From Octopus bimaculoides (Eukaryota): a stretch of 44,123 nucleotides of DNA. The number at the start of each line of letters is the position of its first letter. Position 1 is the first letter of the stretch. Shown one piece after another: positions 1-11,561 of the stretch. The stretch lies in the NCBI RefSeq assembly GCF_001194135.2, contig NC_068996.1:5913705-5957827 (forward strand). Reading direction: 5' to 3'. The notes under the pieces were generated by a model. That model saw only the letters and a list, made by a program, of their open reading frames with translations, did not search any database and had not been told where the DNA came from. Made by a program: the position numbers and the translations under genes.

Positions 1-218
1 TATATATATATATATTTATTTATATATATGTATATATAGATATATATATATATATACATACATACATATGTATACACAGCTTGTACATATGTGTGTGTGT
101 GTATTTGTTAATAAGTGTATCCACAAATGTATGTGTCAGTGAGACTTTGTGCATGTGTGGGTGAGTGTTTAGGTATATGTGTAAATATTTGTGTCTGTAT
201 GTGTGTTCATGTATATGT

Positions 219-249
<31 letters not shown>

Positions 250-310
250 CCTGTATATGTGTATATACACGGTGTGTGTGTGTGTGAGAGTGTGTGTGTC
301 AGTATATGAA
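1..310. repeat. (TA)n/(TG)n compound microsatellite
   Basis: Direct reading; ORFs here are low-complexity artefacts. Confidence 0.9.
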
Positions 311-588
311 TATGAATGTGTATGCCTGGACTGTGCCTGTGATGATTGTAAGAAGAAATATTAGATGTAAGAAACCTCACCGGAGAGAGTGCCAAAGGGA
401 AAGGTTTGTCCTTCGTTTTATTAAAGTGTTGATTGCATGGGGTTCATTGTGATCAATGTGATATCATGGAACATAGACAGATACACAGACTGAAAAGAAA
501 GAGGAAAAGTGTGAGAGAGAGAAAGAGAGAGGGCAGGAAATGGGGGATAAAAGGCATAGAAAAGTTGTCGATAGAAAATGGACAGACA

Positions 589-644
<56 letters not shown>

Positions 645-1175
645 NNNNNNNNNNNNNNNNNNNNNNNNNNNNNNNNNNNNNNNNNNNNNNNNNNNNNNNN
701 NNNNNNNNNNNNNNNNNNNNNNNNNNNNNNNNNNNNNNNNNNNNNNNNNNNNNNNNNNNNNNNNNNNNNNNNNNNNNNNNNNNNNNNNNNNNNNNNNNNN
801 NNNNNNNNNNNNNNNNNNNNNNNNNNNNNNNNNNNNNNNNNNNNNNNNNNNNNNNNNNNNNNNNNNNNNNNNNNNNNNNNNNNNNNNNNNNNNNNNNNNN
901 NNNNNNNNNNNNNNNNNNNNNNNNNNNNNNNNNNNNNNNNNNNNNNNNNNNNNNNNNNNNNNNNNNNNNNNNNNNNNNNNNNNNNNNNNNNNNNNNNNNN
1001 NNNNNNNNNNNNNNNNNNNNNNNNNNNNNNNNNNNNNNNNNNNNNNNNNNNNNNNNNNNNNNNNNNNNNNNNNNNNNNNNNNNNNNNNNNNNNNNNNNNN
1101 NNNNNNNNNNNNNNNNNNNNNNNNNNNNNNNNNNNNNNNNNNNNNNNNNNNNNNNNNNNNNNNNNNNNNNNNNNN
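645..1175. other. assembly gap (N run) flanked by (TA)n
   Basis: N run. Confidence 0.99.
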
Positions 1176-1569
1176 TATATATATGGGTAGATGGCTGTTG
1201 TGCCAGAGAGAGCGAGAGGGGGAGAGGTAGAGAAAAGAGTGATGGAGATCTAGAAACAGGTGGTGGAATGGTAAGTGATAGTGTATAGTACTGAGTTGTG
1301 TTTCAGTTCTTGACAAGGAAAAATTTCTTTTCCTTTTCCTTTTTTTTCTTCTTTCTTTTCTTTTCTTCTTCATCCCCCCTTCCACCTCCCGCCCCACATA
1401 CAAAAACTCACACTTTTAAAGAAGTTAGTCTGGAAAACAAAGAAGTGAATTATTCCATTATTTAACTCGATACACCAAATAAACTATGAATTTCAACTAT
1501 TTCCAAACAATACATCACTCAACAGATATGTTTACATCCCAGCTTCCCAATATGGTTGTGGTAATTTTT

Positions 1570-1592
1570 GCTATTACTGCTACTACTACTAC

Positions 1593-1645
<53 letters not shown>

Positions 1646-1745
1646 GTATTAGTATTAGTATTATTACTACTATTATTATTATTATTCAGTAGTTTTATTA
1701 TTATTATTATTATTATTGTTGTTGCTGCTGCTGCTGCTGCTGTTA
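1570..1745. repeat. (TAC)n/(TAT)n/(GCT)n compound trinucleotide microsatellite
   Basis: Direct reading. Confidence 0.9.
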
Positions 1746-2109
1746 TATTATTGCTTGCCGTTGTTTTTTATTGTTCCTGCTGTTTAACCCTAGGTCAGCC
1801 TATGACTGGATGGACAAACTTATAGGGAAAGGCAATCCTATCCTCAACCATTCCATCAATTTTAAGGCATAATATAACCTGGACTATAATTTCCCACTGT
1901 GCCCCCCCACCCACCTTTTTTTTAACCTGTTTTCATGACACAAAGGTGTGGTTTGAAAAAAATTTGGCTGGTATTTCTAGCAGGTCTGCTGAGTAACCAA
2001 ACCATTTGAAGCCTCTCGCATTAGCTTGCTCCTAAGTTGGCCTTGAGTTGGAGAAGATATCTACAGAAACTGTTTTCTGCCATGATATTACCATTTCATT
2101 CACACACAC

Positions 2110-2470
2110 ATACTTCCATAAGTTATCTCACACACACACACATCCACAAGTTGTCTCACACAAACACACACTCGTATTTACACACACATCTACAAGCTGT
2201 CGCTCACACACACACACACACACACAGCCACAAATTGGCTCTCTCTCTCTCTCACACACACACACATACATACACACACTCATACATCCACAAGCTGTCA
2301 CACACACACACACTCACACACATACACACACACACATCCATAAGTTGCCCCCCCACACACACACACACATCCACAAGTTGTCTCTCACACACACACACAT
2401 ATGCACATACATACATACATACATACATACACATACACTCATCCACAAGTTGTCTCACACGCACACACAC
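2110..2470. repeat. minisatellite: ~8 copies of core ATCCACAAGTTGTC separated by variable (CA)n tracts
   Basis: Core variants include cttccataagttatc, catccacaagttgtc, catctacaagctgtc and cagccacaaattggc. Confidence 0.8.
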
Positions 2471-2679
2471 ACTCAGTAATTCCTCCCAAACCTGAACTTA
2501 TTTTAATGAACAGCATTTCAATTTTTTTTAACAAACTTTGCTCTAATTACAACCAACCACTGCTGCTGCTGCTGCTGCTACTGTTTACAACTGTTGCTGC
2601 TACTACTACTACTACTGCTGCTGCTGCTACAACTACAGCCACAAGTACTTTTACCACCGCTACTACTACTAATAATAAT

Positions 2680-4135
2680 CATCATCATCATCATCATCAT
2701 CATCGTTTAACGTCCGCTTTCCATGCTAGCATGGGTTGGACGATTTGACTGAGGACTGGTGAAACCAGATGGCTGCATCAGGCTCCAATCTGATTTGGCA
2801 GAGTTTCTACAACTGGATGCCCTTCCTAACGCCAACCACTCTGAGAGTGTAGCAAGTGCTTTTACGAGCCACCTGCACGAAGGCCAGTCAGGCGGTACCG
2901 GCAACGACCTCGCTCGAATGTTTTGTTCACGTGTCACTGGCACAAGTGACAGTAAGGTGACGTTGGTAACAATCACACTCAAATGGTGCTTTTTACGTAC
3001 CACCAGCATGGAAGCCAGACAGCTGCTCTGGCAGTGATCCTGCTTAGATGGAGCTGTTAGCGCTCCACTGGCACAGGTGCCAGTCATCGAATTTGGTTCA
3101 ATTTCGATTTCGCTTGCCCCAACAGGTCTTCGCAAACAGATTTCAGTGTCCAATGAAGAAAGGTTGGCATGGGTGCCAGTCGTTGAATTTGGTTCGATTT
3201 CGATTTCGATTTCACTTGCCTCAACAGGTCTTCAAAAGCAGAGTTTAGTGTCCAAAGAAGGAAAGGTACACATAAGTGGGCTGGCTACACCCCTGGTAAA
3301 GGTCACAGGTTATGGTCTCACTTGGCTTGCCGAGTCTTCTCATGCACAGCATATTTCCAAAGGTTTCGGTCACTAGTCATTGCCTTGGTGAGGCCTAATG
3401 TTCGAAGGTTGTGCTTCCCCACCTCATCCCAGTCTTCCTGGGTCTACCTCTTCCACAGGTTCCCTCAACCGCTAGGGAGTGGCTCTNNNNNNNNNNNNNN
3501 NNNNNNNNNNNNNNNNNNNNNNNNNNNNNNNNNNNNNNNNNNTACACATTCATCGGAGCATACTGGCTTCATTCCTTGCGAGCTAACGCATGTCTTCAGC
3601 AGTCATGGCCCATGTTTCACTGCCACTTAGCATGGCTGTTCGTACACATGCGTCATACAGTCTGCCTTTTACTCTGAGCGAGAGGCCCTTTGTCACCAGC
3701 AGAGGTAAGAGCTCTCTGAACTTTTCCCAGGCTATTCTTTTTCTAGCAGCTAGACTTTCAGCGCATCCACCCCCACTACTAACTTGGTCACCCAGATAGC
3801 GGAAGCTATCAACTACATCTAGTGTTTCTCCCTGGAATGTGGCAGAAGTTGTTTTCTGCACATTTTCAGTGTTTATTGCTCCTGAGCATCTGGCACATAC
3901 AAAAACTATCTTCCTAGTTAGCCTTCCTTTGATATTGCTGCACCTCTTAGCTTACACTGGGTACATCTTATGGAGTTTCCCCCTACTCCTTTTCTACAGA
4001 TTGAGCAGGACCATCTACCTGAAGAGGTTTGTGGTTTGTCTACCTTCCTACTTATTAGGACTTTGGTTTTAGCTAAGTTGACTTTAAGGCCTTTTGATTC
4101 TAGTCCTTGCTTCCACACCTGAAACTTCTCTAGTT
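2680..4135 (-). mobile_element. 5'-truncated RTE-clade LINE: RT C-terminal half with PHD-like insert, long 3' UTR, (GAT)n tail
   Basis: Minus-strand peptides GLKVNLAKTKVL, VDSFRYLGD, LYDACVRTAMLSGSETW and EGTCGRGRPRKT..EKTRQAK* (stop ~3319) are typical RTE RT/thumb sequence. Frameshifts and stops present. The 3' end reads catcatcgtttaacgtccgc on the + strand. Confidence 0.9.
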
Positions 4136-4139
4136 CTGA

Positions 4140-4860
4140 TAGTGACTCAGCCTGTCACAAACTAAAGAAAGTTTGAAACACCAAATTGGTCAGGCAAATC
4201 AAAATGAAGCTGTTCATTGCAACTGTTGAATGAGTTCTGTTATATGGCAATGAAATATGGACATCATCATCATCATCATCGTTTAACGTCCGCTTTCCGT
4301 GCTAGCATGGGTTGGACGATTTGACTGAGGACTGGTGAACCAGATGGCTACACCAGGCTCCAATCTAATTTGGCAGAGTTTCTACAGCTGGATGCCCTTC
4401 CTAACGCCAACCACTCAGAGAGTGTAGTGGGTGCTTTTACGTGTCACCCGCACGAAAACGGCCACGCTCGAAATGGTGTCTTTTATGTGCCACCCACACA
4501 ACAGCCAGTCCAGGGGCCCTGGCAACGATCTCACTTGGCTTGCCGGGTCTTCTCACGCACAGCACATTTCCAAAGGTCTCGGACACTGACAAAGAAATGA
4601 TCAAACGGGCCAAATGGATGCTACACAACAATGCTGCAAGTGGTTCCAAATGTGAAATGGCAGCAATATCTGACAAATGAATTACCTTTATAGAGACCTG
4701 CCAAAGTTAGCAAGAAGATCACACAGAGAAGGCTGCGACTATCCGATTACTGTGTGTGTGATCCTAAGCTGGGAGCATCCAAGTTAGCCTTGTGGAACCT
4801 ACGTCATGGTTATGTAAGCAGAGGAAAACATTGTCACACAACAGTGATGACCGACTGAGA
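4140..4860 (+). mobile_element. degenerate RTE-clade LINE fragment of a second family, interrupted at 4262-4582
   Basis: Joined translation KLFIATVE*VLLYGNEIWT|LTKK...KITQRRLRL...LWNLRHG matches the RTE motifs ESVLLYGxETWTLT and RQRRLRLAGH. Confidence 0.75.
4262..4582 (-). mobile_element. short 3'-end copy of the RTE family at 2680-4135
   Basis: Near-identical to 2680-2880 and 3320-3370; (CAT)n at the left end; ggaca repeated at both junctions. Confidence 0.85.
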
Positions 4861-5326
4861 AGCGTAGCAGGTAGACTTTGTGACCATAATAATAAATAAT
4901 ATTCTGAAAGTCTGTTTCTAGTAAGGTGGTGGAGCACAATAAATAAAATTTACTGCATTTTTTGACTTTGAGAAAAAATATTTTTATAAATGTTCACTAT
5001 TTAACAAAAACTACATCAGTTAAGCAAATGACCTTCTCTAAATGCATTAAAAACCATTATAACATATTCAGGACACTATTTCAGAAAATTACCTCTGTTC
5101 TTTTTGAGCAAATAAAAGACAAAATTAGAGGAGTCAAAATGAGCAAGAAAACTCATACATATCAATATCTAAGTCAAATGAAAAGGAATCATGGAAAAAT
5201 GGCATAATATGAAATTAACAAAACTTGACTAAATCAAAAAAATCCACATAAAATATTCTATATTATTTACATTATTTACATTTGATGGATATTTGACAGA
5301 TATTTGTCCTCATCTTGTTTGTTGTT

Positions 5327-5372
5327 AACACAACATTTCGCTTGATATACCCTCCAGCCTTCATCAGGTGTC
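5327..5372 (-). ncRNA. degenerate minimal type I hammerhead ribozyme motif
   Basis: Reverse complement GACAC-CTGATGA-A-GGCTG-loop-CAAGC-GAAA-TG-TT-GTGTT; stem II 3' strand and stem III mutated. Confidence 0.45.
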
Positions 5373-5446
5373 TTGGGGAAGTTTCAAATCTGTTTTCTCA
5401 GGTTCGAAATTCTTAGGAATGAGAACCCAGGTTCGAAATTTCCCCA

Positions 5447-5492
5447 AGACACTGATGAAGGCTGGAGGGTATATCAGCTGAAACGTTGTGTT
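5447..5492 (+). ncRNA. minimal type I hammerhead ribozyme motif with a 1-nt deletion at the stem I/core junction
   Basis: gaca-CTGATGA-A-GGCTG-GAGGGTATAT-CAGCT-GAAA-CG-TT-GTGTT. Confidence 0.55.
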
Positions 5493-5692
5493 AACAACAA
5501 ACAAGATGAGGACAAATATCCGTTAAATGTAAATAATGTAAATAATGTACATAATTCCTCATCTCTTAAATATAGAACGATAAAATATTCTCTATAGCTT
5601 CTTCACAATCTGCTGGAGTGGTTTTCATATAAACCCTCAAAACTTTTTAATATTTTGGAATTCTCAAAACACACGAGGGTTCATACAACACT

Positions 5693-5886
5693 TTACTCTT
5701 TACTCTTTTACTTGTTTCAGTCATTTGACTGTGGCCATGCTGGAGCACCGCCTTTAGTCGAGCAAATCGACCCCAGGACTTATTCTTTGTAAGCCTAGTA
5801 CTTATTATATTGGTCTCTTTTGCCAAACCACTAAGTTACGAGGACATAAACACACCAGCATCGGTTGTCAAGTGAAATTGAGGAGA

Positions 5887-5932
<46 letters not shown>

Positions 5933-6104
5933 GCTATATACGACTGGCTTCTTTCAGTTTCTGTCTACCAAATCCACTCGCAAGGCTTTGGTCTGCCCGA
6001 GACTATAGTAAAAGACACTTGCCCAAGGTGCCACTCAGTGGGACTGAACCCAGAACCATGTGGTTGGTAAGCAAGCTACTTACCACACAGCCACTCCTGT
6101 GCCT
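5693..6104 (-). mobile_element. tRNA-derived SINE with CORE-like block and internal (CA)n(TA)n tract
   Basis: The minus strand starts with a tRNA-like head (A/B-box-like tggctgtgtgg, gggttcagtccc), then ggcaccttgggcaagtgtctt. Full second copy at 37976-38391. Confidence 0.85.
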
Positions 6105-7172
6105 ATGAAAATTTTTTTTTTTAACTTTTCGAATTTTTTTGTTTTTTAATTACAGACTGTCCTAAATTTTGACTTCAGTCACAGCAATAGACCGTTAAAC
6201 ATGTTCATGGAGAGAAATATATAGAAAAACATTAATATGTCAGAGTGATAAAGAAACAAGGAGGGTATCAGGTGATCATGAGATGTGCTAAAGATAACAG
6301 CTAAATAGTCCTTGAATCAGACACACAAAAAACTTCTTTCTTTTTTTTTTTAGCACAGAATTTCCATGTGTAGAATACAAATTTGTAAAAATTTTCTGAA
6401 AATTCCAAAAACTAGAAAATGTTATGAGATGTTATATGGGGTACTTAAAGCAAAATTCCACCTGGCTTTCTTCCTGATACATTTATGTTCCGAGCAATTA
6501 AAGAGAAGAGATTATTGTAATTAGTCATTACTCATTTTGCTGCAGTTTAGACATCAGTTTTTGAAAACTGAAGATTATCAAATAAAAAATTGACTTGAAA
6601 CCCAAGAGAGGAAAGAATTTGGATTGTTGAACATCCAAAATTGTCTAGATATTTTATTAGCAACCTCAATTACAACCGGGTTCAAAGTTGAGGGAAAATT
6701 TCTTGAAAATAAAGTACCTGTTACCTGACGTTTTGGAACCGCTTCAACTGCAACAACAACGATGGTGGCCGATGTTTACTCCCAAAGATGATGCAAGAGT
6801 ACAAAATGATGAAGCAATACTTGCAATGTAATGTTTTCAGGCAAGTAGTGAGAAAATAATGAGAAATTGGTAATAACTCATTTTGCCCCACTTTCCTGTA
6901 GTTATTTCAAGTATTTGACAAAATGATGTAAAATAGTGTAAAGGAAAGAAAGAAAAAAGATTCGGTTTAATGAATACATGTGAGCATAAAAGCAATAATT
7001 CTAAAGCTGAAAGAAAAAGTACTTTGAGTAGTTGATAAGTGTAATTTTATAATTAAAACTAAATTCAAAATTTTAATTTTGGAACATATATACAATACTT
7101 ACTTGCTCTTTCCTAAAATAAGATCAGTTTTCAATGCCTCACTGAAATAATGAACTTTACAGTGGCAATATT

Positions 7173-7205
<33 letters not shown>

Positions 7206-7334
7206 ATTTAATGGCCAGTGGTCAATCTAAGATCATTGTGCTCAGTCATGTATTGAAGGAAAGAATTTGAACTAGAGATGATAACTTCTTTCTATCAATC
7301 TATTTATCAATCTTTATATACATCCATACTCTCT

Positions 7335-7381
<47 letters not shown>

Positions 7382-7744
7382 TCATAGATAAATACATACA
7401 TATATTTTTTGGAGTCTTTTGTTGCTTTCTGTCAATGTCCCAAAAGGAACTACAATTAATTCCCATGGAAACTGTGGCTGCTTTTGGAATGGGTAGCAAA
7501 GTGTTTTTTTTTTATTGAATGAATTGATGTCACCAATGTAGTTAAAACTGGTTATTTATCAAAAAAGAGGGTTCATTACATTTTATTATAATATGTTTGT
7601 TTATTGAAAGAGAACTTCTACACACAAGATTGCCATGAGGTGGGGGGGGCTAAATTGAGTGCCACATACGCTTCATAACAGGAGGGCCCTTTATCCATGG
7701 ATGTTCAGGGCAGTTGCCCTCTTTGACCTCCCATAAATCCAGCC

Positions 7745-7890
7745 CTGGTTTCACTGGTACTTAATGTATTGACCCTGAAAGGATGAAAGACAAAGTCAAC
7801 CTTGGTGGAATTTGAACTCAGAACATAGCAACAAGTAAAATACTGACAATCATTTCCTCCAGCATGCTAACGATTCTGCCAGCTCACCGG
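7745..7890 (-). mobile_element. tRNA-derived SINE fragment (family of 33415-33658), CpG-decayed
   Basis: aaagtcaaccttggtggaatttgaactcagaac matches the reverse complement of 33490-33530. Confidence 0.75.
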
Positions 7891-7894
7891 AACT

Positions 7895-8420
7895 TGACAG
7901 AGCAAAAAATTGGTACGACCGCAAACCCAAAGGCATCATCGAAAATGTGATAATGCAAAGATCCTGTGGGATTTTATGATTCAGTGCGACCATGAGATAG
8001 AGAATAGGAAGCCAGAAATAGTCTTAATGTTGAAAGAAAACAAACTATGCTGGATCATAGATATAGCATGCCCAGCTGATAACAAGGTATACGATAAGGA
8101 AGACAGAAAGTCGATAGATATGACAGGTTAGCTTGGGAGGTTAAGCTGTTGTGGTCGATGAAAAAGGTAGCAGTAGTACCAATAATTGTCGGAGCCCTGG
8201 GAACAGTGAGTAAAAATCTTGACAAGTACATGGGACAAATAGGAGCTGCAATAAGGGTGGAACACTTGCAGAAAACAGCAGTGTTTGGAACCGCTTGGAT
8301 ACTCTGGAAGGTGCCCGAAAAATAAGAGATATTACCTCAGTTCACTGGTGGTGAACAGCTGATACCGTAGTACATCTCCAGCGTTAGAAGTTGTGCAAGG
8401 ACAATAATAATAATAATAAT
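7895..8420 (+). mobile_element. 3' fragment of R4/Dong-type RLE LINE (restriction-like endonuclease domain) with (AAT)n tail
   Basis: KILWDFMIQCDHEIENRKPEIV...IIDIACP and, after a frameshift, VVPIIVGALGTV..LQKTAV, the PD-(D/E)xK RLE signature. Confidence 0.85.
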
Positions 8421-8424
8421 AATT

Positions 8425-8600
8425 CTTTCTACTATGAGCACAAGGCCTCAAGTTTGGTGGGAGGGGTTAAGTCGATTACATCGACCCCAGTGCTTCCCTG
8501 GTACTTAATTTATCGACCCTGGAAGGATGAAAGGCGAAGTCAACATTGGCGAAATTTGAACTCAGAACCTAGCTATGGGCGAAATACTGGTAAGCATTTC
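8425..8600 (-). mobile_element. tRNA-derived SINE fragment (family of 33415-33658)
   Basis: taagtcgattacatcgaccccagtg...ggtacttaatttatcgacc...gaaaggcgaagtc. Confidence 0.75.
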
Positions 8601-8719
8601 CTTGCCTGTCTTTGTATTGTCCCCACTCTTTGCCCAGATGCCAAAGAGTGGGGACAATTCAAAGATAGGCACAAAGTGTTGGGGTTGACATATAATGATA
8701 AAATAATTAAATGAATAAC

Positions 8720-8926
8720 AAAGAAGAAGAAGAAGAAGAAGAAGAAGAAGGAGGAGGAGGAGGAGNNNNNNNNNNNNNNNNNNNNNNNNNNNNNNNNNNN
8801 NNNNNNNNNNNNNNNNNNNNNNNNNNNNNNNNNNNNNGAGGAGGAGGAGGAGGAGGAGGAGGAGGAGACAAAGAAGAAGAAAGAGAAGAAGAAGAAGAAG
8901 AAGAAGACCACTACTAACACCACCAG

Positions 8927-8964
<38 letters not shown>

Positions 8965-9730
8965 TCAGTATAACCACCACACTACTATTATTATTAAAAT
9001 CCTACAACCACCCATGCTTCTACTAATACTACTACTACAACTATTAATGCTACTGCCACCACAGACTTTTACAGCCATCACCACCACTACCACTACAACA
9101 AGTAGCATCACCGCCATTCACTATCATTACTACTACTACTACTACTATAACCATAACCAATGCAACTACTACTATTAATACAACTACTCTTACTGTTACC
9201 CCTACTACCACCACCAGCAGCAACCTTGTTACTACTGCTACCACTGTTATACATCCACTACTACTACTACTACTACCCCACCACTACCTATGCTACTTCT
9301 GCTGCTACTACTACCATTAATACCATTATGACCACCATCACCACCACCACTAACTATTAGCTACTACTACTACTACCACCACCACCACCACTACTGCTAC
9401 CAGTGCATGTTATTTCTCTACTCAGGTTTCATCATCTTTTCTAAAGGAGACAGACATTTTGGATGGTTCAAATATAATTTATAACTAAAACGAGCTTAAC
9501 TTTTTAAACCACCTGTTTTCCATTACTTTCCTCAGACGCTTAACGTCATCGTCGTCGTCGTCGTCATCATCATCATCGTTATCATCGTCATCGTCATCAT
9601 CACCATCACTGCTGTCATCGTCATCATTATAGCCATTGCTGCCATCATCATCATCGTCATCATCATAATCATCCTTATCATCATCATCATCATCATCATT
9701 ACCACATATTATTGTTATTATTATTATTGA
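8720..9730. repeat. compound trinucleotide microsatellite field (GAA, GGA, CTA, CCA, CAT) with a small gap
   Basis: Direct reading. Confidence 0.85.
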
Positions 9731-10088
9731 GTTAGAGATCAGTGCATGCCATCAAAGTGACACTGGGGTACAAGTATATGAAGCCCATTATACCCATCAT
9801 GACTACCCGTCTGATAAGGGTACACCAGGCACATGCATCACAACCATATGAGCACAATATGGTGATCTCATATCAAGATAAACAGCGCATGACCTTGCAG
9901 GTGGGGCCCAGTTAGAATTTTCTTCTGGTCGAGTGGCCCATCCTGCTCAAAAGGTCCCTGAATAAAGTTTGTTTAAGGATGTTGAGCAAAACACCCATGT
10001 TTCCAAAGGTGAATTATCCAAACCCCAAAGAATTCCTCTCAACACATGGCTATGATGCTCCCCCACTACTTCTACTCATGATCAGAGA
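9730..10088 (-). mobile_element. interspersed repeat ending in an (AAT)n tail on the minus strand (SINE or LINE 3' UTR)
   Basis: Non-coding, GC-richer block abutting (ATT)n; single copy here, family recognised from memory only. Confidence 0.45.
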
Positions 10089-10456
10089 TCATCGTTTTCA
10101 TCATCATAATCGTCTTTGTCAACATTGTGATCATATTATTATTATTATTATTGTTGTTGTCATTCCACTGAGGTCATCTTTACCTCTCATCCTTTCAGGG
10201 TCAATAAAATAAGTACCATTTATGTACTGGGGTCGATGTAATTAACTTATCCCCTTCCTTGAAATTGCTGGCCTTGTGCCAAAATTTGAAACCATTATTA
10301 TTATTTTTATTATTCCATTAACACATCAGGTAAAATGCTTGGAAGTACTTCATCCATCTTTATATCATTCTGTGCTCAAATTCTGACATGATTGACCTTG
10401 CCTTTCACCTGCCCAGGGGGTCAATGAAATAAAAGTACCTGCTAAGTACTAGGAGG

Positions 10457-10849
10457 NNNNNNNNNNNNNNNNNNNNNNNNNNNNNNNNNNNNNNNNNNNN
10501 NNNNNNNNNNNNNNNNNNNNNNNNNNNNNNNNNNNNNNNNNNNNNNNNNNNNNNNNNNNNNNNNNNNNNNNNNNNNNNNNNNNNNNNNNNNNNNNNNNNN
10601 NNNNNNNNNNNNNNNNNNNNNNNNNNNNNNNNNNNNNNNNNNNNNNNNNNNNNNNNNNNNNNNNNNNNNNNNNNNNNNNNNNNNNNNNNNNNNNNNNNNN
10701 NNNNNNNNNNNNNNNNNNNNNNNNNNNNNNNNNNNNNNNNNNNNNNNNNNNNNNNNNNNNNNNNNNNNNNNNNNNNNNNNNNNNNNNNNNNNNNNNNNNN
10801 NNNNNNNNNNNNNNNNNNNNNNNNNNNNNNNNNNNNNNNNNNNNNNNNN
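10457..10849. other. assembly gap (N run)
   Basis: N run. Confidence 0.99.
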
Positions 10850-11222
10850 ATTAGAAAGCATTTTTTTCTTCATGATCTTTGACAACTATATCTGGTCTAT
10901 TTGCCTTAATTTCTCTATCTGTGTGTATTGGCATATCCCAGAGTATGGTTGCTTTCTCGTTTTCTGTGACCTTTTCTGGCGTGTGTTTATACCATCTTTT
11001 TTCTGTTGCTATTCCATAATGTTGGCATAGCTTCCAGTGTATATAGGTCCCAGCTCTGTCGTGTCTGTGAATATATTCCTTCTTAGCCAGGACTGGGCAG
11101 CCAGAGATAATATGATTTATTGTTTCTTGTCGATCTCCACATATTCTACAGTTACTTGTTATATTTCTTTTCATTATGTGTTTTTGGTAATTTCTGGTGG
11201 GGAGGCTTTGGTCTTGTGCAGC
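10850..11222 (-). mobile_element. R4/Dong-type RLE LINE fragment (CCHC knuckle plus start of RLE)
   Basis: AQDQSLPTRNY..CRICGDRQETINHIISGC..YIHRHD..ILWD..NRPDIV; the 5' truncation abuts a (TAA)n tract. Confidence 0.9.
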
Positions 11223-11561
11223 ATATTATCATTATTATTATTATTATTATCATTATTATTATTATTACTATTTATTTATTTATTTATTTGTTTGTTTGTT
11301 TATTCATTTATTTATTGTACATAAATTTTACACATTAAATCAACCAAATGCATGGTGGGTGCCAAAGTGAAATAAGCAAGTGCCAAATAAAAGCATTTTC
11401 ACTCAATAAAATAACCTGTTCTGTGACATTTAAAAGGGCCCAACTTTTCTTTTCTTTTATCCTTCCTTCCTTTCCTATCTCCTCCCCCACGCTTACCCCC
11501 ACCTTCTTTTTATTCATTTTTTTTTTAATGTCTACACCATTTAAAAAACAAAAACAACTTT

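Larger units (their letters stand above)
5264..5578. mobile_element. inverted pair of hammerhead-bearing Penelope-like non-autonomous repeat
   Basis: 5264-5400 is the reverse complement of 5412-5550. The direct copy ends in the tail cataattcctcatctcttaaatatagaac. Same family as 13576-14080 and 32801-33090. Confidence 0.8.

Noticed and set aside
2110-2470. CRISPR-like repeat-spacer pattern
   Set aside because: Spacers are plain (CA)n, repeats are only ~14 bp and degenerate, there are no cas genes, and the context is eukaryotic.
6700-6900. Open frames on both strands in unique-looking DNA
   Set aside because: Short, stop-bounded, and no recognisable motif.
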